From the NCBI GenBank assembly GCA_951406725.2, contig OX597825.1:86490001-86554000 (forward strand): a DNA stretch of 64,000 nucleotides. The letters run 5' to 3'. This document shows positions 12,091 to 23,446 of the stretch, in pieces. A program made the translations under genes and the position numbers. Numbering within the stretch: position 1 is the first letter of the stretch; the number at the start of each line of letters is the position of its first letter. The notes beneath the pieces were generated by a model. The model ran no database searches and had not been told where the DNA came from. It worked only from the letters and a program-made list of their open reading frames with translations. The DNA is from Octopus vulgaris. Lineage: Eukaryota.

Positions 12091-12320
12091 AAGGTGGTGA
12101 ATGGCAGTGAGCTGGCAGAATTGTTAACACTCAGGACAAAATGCTTAGCAGCATTTTTCTGGCTTTACATTCTGAGTTCAAATTCCATCAAAATAGACTT
12201 AGTCTTTCATTTCTTCTGGGTTGATAAAATGAGAACCAACTGGGCACTGTGTTTGATGTAATTGACTAGCTTTCTCCAATAAAATTGCTGGCCTTGTGTC
12301 AAATTTTGAAACCGTTATTA
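12091..12320 (+). mobile_element. SINE family A
   Basis: 'gagctggcagaattgttaacac...ctgagttcaaattcc...ctttcatttcttctggggttgataaaatgagaacca...gctggccttgtg'. Confidence 0.85.
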
Positions 12321-13552
12321 TTATTATCATCATCTGTCTTTTTATGGTTTTGTGGTGCAAATAGTATCAGACAGAAAACTACTAAAAATGTCTGGTGCTT
12401 TCTGTCATAGTTTTTGTATATTTGTTTAGTTTTCGTTTTTTGGGGTAAATGGTTAGATTAATGACATCGGTTGTGGTGATTTATACAACGAAGACTTCTT
12501 TTTCCTGTTTCCCATTTGCCTTTCAACCATTTGTGTGGTTGGGAGGGGAGATAAATTGGAGGAAAGATAGAGGAAGTAGTTTGATATTTGGAAATTACTT
12601 CCGTTGTTGTTGTTGCCAGCCTGGGAACCTTGGTTTTAGGTTAACAACTACACACTGGAATTGGCTATGGAACTTGTGTGAAATCAGTGTGTTTGTGGTG
12701 GGGTGAAGTAAACCAGTTGAAAACATGGTCTTTGGTGTATTACAAATATTTTTTAAGGAAATTTATCATTATTATAACTTGGAAGATGGTAGACAGAAGT
12801 GTTAAATGAATCACTTTTTGTCTGAATATTTCTCTATTTTGGTTACTTTTTAGCTTGCATTCGTCAGTCTGTTACCTCAGACCAACCAGCTGTTTCTAAT
12901 GATTTATACATTCATTGGTGGGATTTGAATAAAGTGTGAAATCTCATTGTAAGCTTTTCAAATGTTTTTTTTTCATTTTATTCAGTCTAACCCTACAAAA
13001 CAACTGTTGTTATTATTCTAGGCCAGGGTTAGCTGGTTCCTGTTCGGTAGCAAACAAGACATATACCAACTTAGAACTTACTATAAAGACATGAAAACAT
13101 TTATTTGCATTTTGGCTTCATTTATGAACAAACGGTGACCTGGAGACTATTCAACTGCTGATAAATTCTGTGTTATTTCATTTCTTTGCATTTGATGTGA
13201 AGTTTATAAGAGGGCTGTGTTTACTTTGTTTAAGTAAGTGATGGGTTAGCATGTCCTGCCTTCAAGCTGAATGTCAACATCTTGTCCATTGGGTCATTGT
13301 GACCTTTCACTTTTGTGTGTTTCATGAGGCAGGAGCACCAGGTGTAGTTTAAACCAGCAGCTGTAAATTTTAGGCCTTTGATATGCAATTATTCTTCTAA
13401 ACTATTACATTTGAAAATTCCACATCTGTACCTCAAATGTTTTTATTTCATTACTATCTTAAGTGGTTAATTAGTAGTAATTAAAAGAATTAATCTCTAA
13501 TGAACAACAGCTAAAAGATTCTATGAAATATAGTTTATCCAGTATTTTCGTA

Positions 13553-13770
13553 TTCCTTTCTACTCTAGGCACAAGGCCCGGAATTTTGGGTGAGGGGGCC
13601 AGTTGATTAGATCGACTCCAGTATGCAACTGGTACTTAATTTATTGACCCTGAAAGGATGAAAGGCAAAGTTGACTTTGGCGGAATTTGAACTCAGAATG
13701 TAAAGACAGACGAAATACCACAAAGCATTTCAGCTGGAGTGCTAACGTCTCTGCCAGCTCGCTGCCTTCC
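13553..13770 (-). mobile_element. SINE family A, young and CpG-retaining copy
   Basis: 'ttctactctaggcacaaggcccggaa...ggtacttaatttattgaccctgaaaggatgaaaggcaaagttgac...tctgccagctcgctgcc'. Confidence 0.9.
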
Positions 13771-15138
13771 AGTGTTTTTGTATCAAAAAAGACATTAGAT
13801 AACTGTCAAACCAGCTTCCCTTGCTATTTTTTTTTGTTTTTCATTGACAATAATCCAGGTAATGTCTTAAATCTGTTAGGAACTCCATGCTGATACTTGT
13901 TAAATTTTCAGTATTAACCCCTAAGACTTAAATTGTATTTTTCAAGACTGTGACACCCCTAGACATCTTTTGTGGTACATGAGTGTGTTGTGACACACAT
14001 TTTGAGAGCCGTCATTGTATTTGATCATTCAGTCTACTAGAAATAGCAACCGAATCTTCCTATATTAATACTTTATTAGCTCAAAGAAAGAAATCATTAC
14101 ATAATTTAATTCTGGATGTGTAATGTTTTGTGAAAATGGCATCCGCACAACTCAAGTGCTTTTAGTCATATATCTGTTATTAAGATATAAGCCAAGTGTT
14201 GTAAAAATTAAGTTTCTCATTTGGTTAAGATGTTGCATTAAAAGATATTCAAATAGTTAAGCTCCAGGTACAATGAAGTCTTTTGTTGCCTTGTTGTTGT
14301 ATATGGGTGTCATTAGCTTGGAAATAATTGTAATTGGTTTTGTTTGTTATCGTGTTGCTATCATGCTTTTAGTCAAAAGCTGAAGTCCATGTTTTTTGAA
14401 GCAGGAACTTTTGCTGAATTGTGTTGGAACAAGTGGAGTAAGCTGTAAGAATTTATCTTCAGACTGTTGATTCTGTTAAATGAATCCTAATGTGTTATGT
14501 TAGCAGCAAGGATACCAACACCCAAGTCATTCTGAGTGGTTGTCAGAAGTTTAAGGGACAACTTTGTTTCTGTAGACTTATGAACATACACGTCCCCCCC
14601 TCTCTCTCTCTCCCCATCTTCCATACCATCCCAGCTGTTTTGGTAAGCACTGATTCCTCTTGGAATGGTTTGTTTATTAAGCAATTTGATATATCCCATT
14701 ATAGTTTAACTGTGACAGTGAGCAGAAGAAATATCTGAAAAGACTCGGCCATGTTGGAAAGATTTTCTAAGCAGTTTAATAATTTCTATTTATTAGCTAA
14801 CATAATAGTTTTTGTTGTTATTGAACCTTAAGTCAGTCTTGATTGAGCAGATCTATCATCTAGGACATTCCAGCTATGACCACACTATATAGAAGAGTCT
14901 AGGAAGGCTTGCATCATATAAAGGATCCATTACCTTCTTTTGAGATGTGAAGTGTTATTTGAGGAGGATATGACTGCTATTTCTACCATATCTCTTGTTT
15001 AGTATTGCATGTCATCAGGAGGAAATTGCTGATTATTTTTATATGTTTCAAAGATGGCAGTTAATTCTTCTTTACTACACACACTTCATCTTGTCTGTTA
15101 ATAATTATCTCTTCCTTCCTTTTATCATTGATGTAAAC

Positions 15139-15387
15139 CAGTGGTTCTCAACCATTCTTAATCTTTGATTCCTATTTCACTCAGTCGGACCCTCTTGGCC
15201 AGTCTATGTATTAAAAAAATCTAATATTTATATAATTAAATATTATAAGGAATTGTATAAAAAAAATTGTGAAAATATTTTGTGCATTGTAGAAGTATTA
15301 AGCAATTTCTTGCAGATACAGTTTGAACAATGTAATCTTACATGGACCCCCTCCAAGGGTCATATTGACCCTGACTGAGAACGACTG
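15139..15387. mobile_element. hAT-type MITE
   Basis: TIRs cagtggttctcaa / ctgagaacgactg; imperfect 8-bp TSD atgtaaac / gtgtaaat; inverted sister copy at 63811. Confidence 0.8.
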
Positions 15388-17163
15388 GTGTAAATAATTG
15401 ACTCCACTATTTCTCCAAGCTGTTATCTCCCATAATCCTATTTTCAACGAGAGAAACTACAAAGACACTTCAGTTTATTATTCTGAGCATGAATGGTGGA
15501 TAGAATTCACAGAATGTTCGTGGGCATAAATAAGAGCTGGCAGTGTTTACTTTTAAGTTCCAGTCTCATCAATGTCATTTTATGTTTCAATATTGTAAAA
15601 TCAATAAAAATATCAATTAAGAAAAGAGTCAAAGTCCTGAATATAAAAAGTTAGAAATCATTATTTTAAAGTGGCAGCACTGTTTCTTTTATTGATCTTC
15701 TGATTTCCAATTCCTCTCGAATCAATAAAATAGATACCAATCACTTAATAGATTCAATTCAATCAATATTTAACCAATATATAAAAAAACCTCTCTCCTC
15801 ACTCCCAGAAACTGATAATTGTTTAATTATCTTCCAGTCTCATTTAACCAATTCATAGTGACGGCTGTTAAATGATGATGGTGATATTCTTCTTCACAAA
15901 TTTATCATTTGTGTGTATATTTTAATATGTCCTTCTCCACATTTCATTATTATCTTTTAAAGAAATATGGATTTCCTAAACTAAAAGCCAAGTCAATATA
16001 TATCCAACTTTAATGAGAAGTCAGTGGAAATATATTTCTCATAATCATTTTATTGAAATTTTAACCTAGATGTAGACATTGTTGGTATACCCTACATTAT
16101 TATTTCATAAATAAAGTTAGAATATTAGACTTTCAATTTTCTTCATGGTTATTTTGTTTACACTGTCTTACAATATGAAAGTTTTGAACAATGACTTATT
16201 TTTAGCAGAATATTGTGTTTTTTGAATTTTTTTAAAGTAGGTTTAACGAACCCCAACATGTTCAGCGAAGGGAAAACTGGGGGTATAACACAAGCCTTTC
16301 CCATTGGTATAAATATAATATATGGTGACTGAAACCTCTTTTCAACCTTGGCTCGATGAAAGCTTACTCCTTACTCTAATATATTTTATATTTTCTGTAA
16401 ATTGGGTTTCTGCATCATGATTCGTAAATGATTTATTAATCCCAAGATAACAGATAGAACAGTTGGATTAAAGTTACAATATTTGGCCACCAAGAGATAT
16501 CAGATGAAACCAGTTGCTCGCATTGATTTAGAACTGTTTGAAGCTGAAAATATTGAAATTAGTTCTTATTTTCAAAGATAGATGTCAGCTCCATACAAAG
16601 ATTTATCTGTTTCTCTGAGATTTTTCTATCTTATCTGATGTTCGAATATATTTCAATGCTTTGCTTTGTGTTCTATAGACTCTCTGTATATTTCACTGAT
16701 ACAACTGCCAACTGAGTGACTTGGCAATGCCTTTAGCATTGTAAATCTTTTATTTATTAGATTTGTTGACCTGTGTGTGTGTGTCTAAAATGTTAATGCT
16801 GTTTACTTCTCAGTATGTATTGGCTTCTCCTCTCCATTACATGTTGAAGTATTTCAATGTTCAACTGGACGATTTATTCATTGAGTTAGGATGCTAAGTA
16901 GCCGAGTATTCCACCGATGCATGTAATTCTTGACTAAAACCAACGTAGCAAGGCTGGATCATTAAATTACTAGTTCAGACCATTCAATGGGTCTCTAAAC
17001 ATTTGTCCAACAATTCCAACCACTCACTTTTACTCATAAAGTTTGGGTCATCCAGTAGCTATTTTAAAGATAATTGCTCAACATGTCGTGCTGTTGGATT
17101 GAATCCAAAGTTGCAAAGTCAATTTATTAGCCACTCAGCCATGCAGGAGTCAGATGCATGTCC

Positions 17164-17164
<1 letters not shown>

Positions 17165-17238
<74 letters not shown>
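17165..17238. repeat. (TG)n microsatellite
   Basis: Perfect TG run. Confidence 0.95.
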
Positions 17239-17240
<2 letters not shown>

Positions 17241-17256
17241 AGTGTGTATATATATA

Positions 17257-17497
17257 TTGGGTTGGTGCATAATTATTGCAGCTTTTTTTCAACAAATTTT
17301 ATTCAACAAAAACAATAACAACATGTAACAAAAACATCTTTAAATGATTATTCTGGAGCATATTCACCATCTACTTCAATTACTGCTTCCCCATTTGCTT
17401 GGCAGACGGCCAGACCGTCATTTAAAGATGTTTTTGTTAAATATTGCTATTGTTTTTGTTGAAAAAAAAAGGCCACAATAATTCTGCACCAACCCAA
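17257..17497. mobile_element. Fold-back mariner-derived MITE (241 bp)
   Basis: Ends ttgggttggtgca / tgcaccaacccaa flanked by TA; ~80-90-bp inverted arms; the centre encodes a mariner C-terminus on the minus strand (RLPSKW/EAVIEVDGEYAPE*). Confidence 0.85.
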
Positions 17498-18906
17498 TAT
17501 ATACATGTGTGTGTGTGTATGCCCATATATGTATACATGCGTGCATATAAATGTGTGTGTGTGTGCACATGCTTAATTACTTAACCCTGCTATTCCCTGC
17601 TTGATACATAGGATTCTCTTTAATCTCTCCGATTTGTTGCCCAGGGCTGACTCAAAGCACTGATATTATCCCTAATCTACCAGGCTGTTGTTATATGCTA
17701 GAAAATACCCTATCTTTGAAAATGCAAATGGGGAAATACTTGAAAGTAAAATACACAGAAACAATAACTGGGAATTCTTTTGTCATCCCCACTCCTGTCA
17801 TCATTCTCATCCTTAGATATTGCAGTTGACAGACTAGCATAAGCTGTGGTGTCAGAAAACCTAAGGATGACCCTGCAAGATACTACCCACAACAAGATAC
17901 TCTGCTGATTAGAGACAGTAAAGTACAGTTATCTTGATTGGTCGAGATATTTATTATGTCAGATATTTTGAGCAAAGTTTGGGTGTCAGCAGTTTGGGTG
18001 GTTTCACCGTAAGACACATGAAAGAGTTTTCTTTCTTTCAAAATGTTTGTAACCTTTGGATTTTCTAGTTATCCCCACCTGACTCCACCAAAATGTGTCA
18101 CTATTAGTTTAGAAGTGAATTTATCTCAGCATAACTTGCCAGTTATTTTCACAGTTGCCTTAATTTTCTTGTTGGTTTTGTTAAATCTGATTACATTTAT
18201 TTGTCACTTATTAAAGAACCTGAAGAAAACAAAACAAAATGAAAACAAATCCCCAAATCAAACCAACAAAATCTCAGAACCAAAGCAAAACCGTTCTATG
18301 TCATTGATATTATATCTCTCTCTCTTGAGAGATATCAACATTAAAGTTTATTCCTTTGTACATTAATTTGTTTGGTACTTTGTTTTTGAGAAAATAGCTT
18401 ATTGAGACACTTTTAGCTCAACTTGATATTTGAATAAACTGGAGTTAAAGTGAAGTGAAATGGTATTTATAATTCTGATGCTCATAACATTGATGGGTTG
18501 ATGTCATTGAAACTGTAACCATTACTGAACTGAAACTGAGATGAGTTTGAAGAATATGAAGGGGGGAAAAAAAAAGAATGGTTTTGGTATTGTAATAACA
18601 AACATCTGTTAGTTGTTTTGCTTTGCATCGGTTCCCAGAGCATCAAGCTGTTTGTCGAATCATTTGGGCAGACATTTAGAAAGTAAAACGAAAAGAAACA
18701 AGGAGACATAAAAAATAGGGTCTTGTTAAAATAATGTGAAAAACATAGCAGTGGACCTTAACATCATATCTATCTGCCATTGTCTACTCAAGCTTTTAAG
18801 TTTTATGAACATGGGCAGTCCATTGTCAGGTCTGAATCATCGACATGGTTTATCCAAGGAAGTTCAGTAATGTTAAAAACTGGAATTTGATTCTCTGTCT
18901 GTCTGC

Positions 18907-18910
<4 letters not shown>

Positions 18911-18979
<69 letters not shown>
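18911..18979. repeat. (CT)n microsatellite
   Basis: Perfect CT run. Confidence 0.95.
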
Positions 18980-18982
<3 letters not shown>

Positions 18983-19954
18983 TACACAATTCATTAAGGA
19001 TCTTATAAAACAGTACACACTTTTTTATAGTGATTTCTTTTAGTTTGGACTTGCATCTTGAATTACCATAGCCTGTTATACCTGCCTAGTCCCTGGTCAA
19101 CCTGGAATGAGCAAACCTTTGATCAAAGACATTCTGTGACCATCTTACCTTTTCAGTCTGTCTTTAAGACTGTAGGGTGTAATTTGAGGGAGATTTAGTT
19201 GGTTGAAACTATTATAAATATTTGGTGACCATGAAGTTTATAAACATTAAGATTTAAATGAATAACTAAATAAAATCACTTGACTAAGGTCATCAGCCGA
19301 AGAAAGTAAAATCTCTGGTTGAACCAAGAGAAAAAAAGGAAAACTGAAGAAGACAGAAAGAGAAGGTGAATTGAGAGATATTTAAGAAAGAAAAATGCGA
19401 GGAGGAAAGGAAATAGGAGGATAAAAGAGAGAAATAATGAAGCGGTAGTGAGAAATGAATTGTGTCTGAGTATAGTGTAAGTGATGTGTGGTCAGAAGAG
19501 AATATGTTTGTGATGATGATGATGATAAGGAAAAGGGGGGAATAAAGTGTAGGGCAACAAAACTTGACTTCATATAAACAAGAGAAAGAAAAAGGAGAAT
19601 TTTAGAATTACAAGAAAATATTTAAAAGTAAAAAAAATATAGATTTTAAGGCACAAAATTAAAGTGAACAATAAAATCTCAAATAATTTTCTGAGATGTC
19701 TGAAAATAATTCAGTCTTTGATATGTATCTGCATTAAATAATATACAAAAATAATTGCATAAAAAAACAAAAAACAACCACTCAAAACATGCCATTAGCT
19801 AGAAACATGTTTCTAAGTATTTGGCATTCTGGTAACACTGGGTATGCCTGCCAGTTTTTATACATTACACCAAGTTGAATGTAATGTTTGAAGTGTTATT
19901 CATCCTACCTCCTTCGAAGAGGATAAATTTCAATATGCAAAACCTGTAACATAA

Positions 19955-20106
19955 TGCCTGTAACTTAGCAGTTTGGCAAAAGAGACTGATGGAATAAGTA
20001 CCATGCTGAAAAAAAAAAAAGAGAAAAAATGTACTGGAGTTGATTTCTGCAAGGTGGTGCCCCAGCATGGCCATAGTCCAACAAATGAAACAAGTAAAAG
20101 ATAAAA
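19955..20106 (+). mobile_element. SINE tail type C (headless)
   Basis: 'gtaacttagcagtttggcaaaagagactgatggaataagtacc...ggtggtgccccagcatggcc...aaacaagtaaaagataaaag'. Confidence 0.7.
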
Positions 20107-20514
20107 GATGAATTATTAATTTAGGCATTAATGAATTTCTCATTGTCAGCTTTTGATGAAAGTTGCTAATGATGATAGTCTGTTGCTAATGAGATAACAA
20201 TAATTTGTTACAGCTCAGGAAAGTTAGTGGACAGGTTCAAGATGTTCATCAACACTGGACTGTTTACAGTTCTGTCAATGAATGGATAAGTATTAACAAG
20301 CTGATAAGTAATAACTAATTACCCATTAAGTTTATCAAACTATCTGATCTCATAAACTATTGCAGAGTGATGTCTGTGAATGGTTTTCATTTGTAGAATT
20401 AACCAAAGTGAGGAAACTAAAGAATAATGGTTTTAGCTTGTACCAGGCTCAATATCATTATAGAGTATTTAGTTTTGACCATTTTGTCTAAATCACGTCT
20501 AGTTCACCATTGGT

Positions 20515-20720
20515 ATGAGCTGGGCGAAATGCGTAACCGTATTTTGTCTGCCGTTACGTTCTGAGTTCAAATTCTGCCGAGGTGACTTTGCCTTTCATCC
20601 TCTCGGGGTCGATAAGTAAAGTACCAGTTTTGCACTGAGGTCGATATAATCGACTTCATCCGTTTGTCTGTCCTTGTTTGTCCCCCTCTGTTTAGCCCCT
20701 TGTGGGTAGTAAAGAAATAT
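20515..20720 (+). mobile_element. SINE family A with alternative tail, young copy
   Basis: 'gggcgaaatgcgtaaccgtatttt...gagttcaaattctgccgagg...gcctttcatcctctcggggtcgataa' then a different tail 'cttcatccgtttgtctgtcc...tttagccccttgtgggtagtaaagaaat'. Confidence 0.85.
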
Positions 20721-21419
20721 ATTATTAAGGGGCAGTTAACTTGTCCTTTCAGTATGAACTAGAAATTTGTTGCCTATGATCCAGCTCAGGAGCTTTTTGT
20801 GCAGTTGCTTGATTAGCTAAAATTAGTAGACAAATCTCCCTCAAGTGAATCCTCTTCATCTTTCTTTATTGCATGGTCACAGGAGTCAATGTAGCCTTCG
20901 CAGCCAATTTGAGGATAGCCAGTACGGTGTAGTTGGAAATTATCCTAGACCAGTGGCCTGTCTTGAGTGCTTGCAACAGAGATAGAGGGGAGACTCCACT
21001 AAAGGTAGCCAAGGGCCAGAAGGTTAAACTTGAGAAATGGATTTAGACTAGCACTCAAAAAATAGAAACAATCCTATTAGCAGGGCTTCCACACATTTCC
21101 ACAGGATTGAAACTGAAACTGCAGCTATTGTCATTATAAATCTCTTAAAAGACAGGCATGCATGGATGGAGTGTCTTTTGATTGTAGGTCAGTTCAATCA
21201 AAGTTAACTTACAGTTAAACAACAACAACAATAATTTGTGAGTTAACATTATTAATTAATAACAAAAAAGGGATTTCTTTTAAAACTAATGAAATGTTTA
21301 ATTTAAATTCTTTTTTTAAAGCAAGATGGTGGCTAGGATCAAAGCTTGAATGAGTTAGCTGTGTGTGTGTGTGGTTATGCCCCTCTCCCCAACAAGTTGC
21401 ATCTTTTTCTCCCTCCTCA

Positions 21420-21550
21420 TCTATCCTTTCTGTAGGCCTGAAACTTTAAAGGCTTCTCCCATTTTCCCTGAGCATTAAACTTACTTTCCCTGATTGTTGT
21501 TATTTCACTTTGTCTCTGTTTTTTTTTTGTTTATTTTGGACCATATTTAT
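21420..21550 (+). mobile_element. Decayed Penelope-like terminal repeat fragment
   Basis: 'gtaggcctgaaactttaaaggcttctcccattttccctgagcattaaac' resembles 45000-45125; ends near AT microsatellites. Confidence 0.35.
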
Positions 21551-21624
21551 CTATCACTGGATAAAGCATTTTGATGATCTTACCTTAATGGAACAAGTAA
21601 ACTCTCTCTCTCTCTCTCTCTCCA

Positions 21625-21663
<39 letters not shown>

Positions 21664-22755
21664 GTAATAATAATAACCTGTAGAATTGGTCTAAACTGTC
21701 TGCCTTAGATCTGCTACCCTCTCAGTCGTCAACGGGTCAAAACTATATTCTCAAACAAATTGTTGTTCTAATCCATTCATTTGATTAGTTTTGGTTCACT
21801 TGCATTTTTAATCTAAGACACACACACACACCACCACCACCACCTTCATCGCCGCTGCCAACACCACCATCAGCAGATTTGTTGTAGCACATAAAACTGC
21901 AAATATGTTTTATATCATGAATTGGGTAAAAAAGAAATGTTCTCATCTCTATTTAATTTATAATGGAAATTTGACTGCTGTTTCTAGCAGGACGAGGAAC
22001 CGTATGCAGACATCCTGGCTGTGTTATTGCTTAGATCCAGGTCTATCCTGATTTGTTCCAGAGAATGTAACTATTACCCAAAGTCTCCTTCATCTTTTAT
22101 GGCTCTACAAGATAGTGATCTAAGGGAGATTTGATTGCTATTTCTAGCAGCATTCTGCTGCTGGCTTGTTTTCTCCTAAGTGACGGAATATATTTTTACA
22201 GCTGAAATTTCAGAGAGCGTGACTGTTGTAAGGGAGATAACTCCGATCAACTTAATAGGTCGCTCTCTTTCTTGTGTGGGAGAGTTGTGAATGAAAGATT
22301 TTAATTCGAATTTAGCTCCAGTAATTTGATAATTAAAAATTATGAGGAAAAGTTGCGTGTCAAAAGGAATTTTTATTTTATGTTTTACGTTGCTCACATT
22401 ATGTCTGTATTAACCTAATAAACTAACAACTGTCATAACTTTACGTGGATCTGGCTTTGTCCCCCCCTCCCCCCGCAACGACTCATATTCCCCAAAGTAG
22501 GAAAAGTTATTAAAAAAAACCCCAGCAAAAACACACTTCCCCCATTCAGTATCAGAAGTGAAGTGGATTGTTATGACTGTTATCTTTTGGTTATGGAGAA
22601 GGTTATCTGAGACGCGTATATGGCAGGTTACCTGCTGGGCAAGGATCGCTTTCCAAAAGACATAAACTATTCTAAAACTAATTTACTTAAAATCTCTCTC
22701 TCACTATCTTTCTGTCTGTCTGTCTCTCTCTGACTCTCTCTCTCTCACACACACA

Positions 22756-22794
<39 letters not shown>

Positions 22795-23059
22795 CCACAT
22801 ATATGCACTTCCCTTTTGCTGGTTCAATGGTTTTGAACAAAAAGTGGATATTTGCTTTTAAAAAAGAAAGTCTCCAGTGATTGGTGGCATCAGACAAAAT
22901 ACTTTGTGCTATTATTTAGTTACAGCCCCTTACATTCTAAGTTCAAATCCCACCAGAGTTATGTTTCGTCCACATTCCTCTGGGGTTGCTAAAGTAATGT
23001 ACTGATCTGAATGAAACTATACCAAAAAAAAAAAATATATACATCTAGATGCTTCTTTC

Positions 23060-23446
23060 TTTGTTATTTTTACATCTCTTTTCCCATGTTAGCATGGGTT
23101 AGACGATTGTGTTATTGAGGTATTGTTTTCCAGCCAGATACCGTTCCTGATGCTAACACTTGTTTTTCAAGTAAGGGATCTCTCATTTCAGGCAGCTTTG
23201 AAGGCATGAGGCAAGCAGATTGTTTATTGGCAGAAATGACAACAACACCACTTGGAACTTATGACTTGCATGTAAATGAGCGTTGAAAAATACACACACA
23301 CACACAAAGCTTCTTTTTAGTTTCTGTTTTCCAAATATGCTGACAAGGTTTTATTTGACCCAGAGTTATAGTAGAAGACACTTGCCTGAGATACTGCATG
23401 TTGGGACTGAACCTGAAATCACATGGTTGGGAAGTGAACCGCTTTA
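23060..23446 (-). mobile_element. SINE head B plus RTE-type tail
   Basis: Head 'gtagaagacacttgcc...gggactgaacctgaaatcacatggttgggaag' at right; tail 'ttcccatgttagcatgggttagac' at left. Confidence 0.75.
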
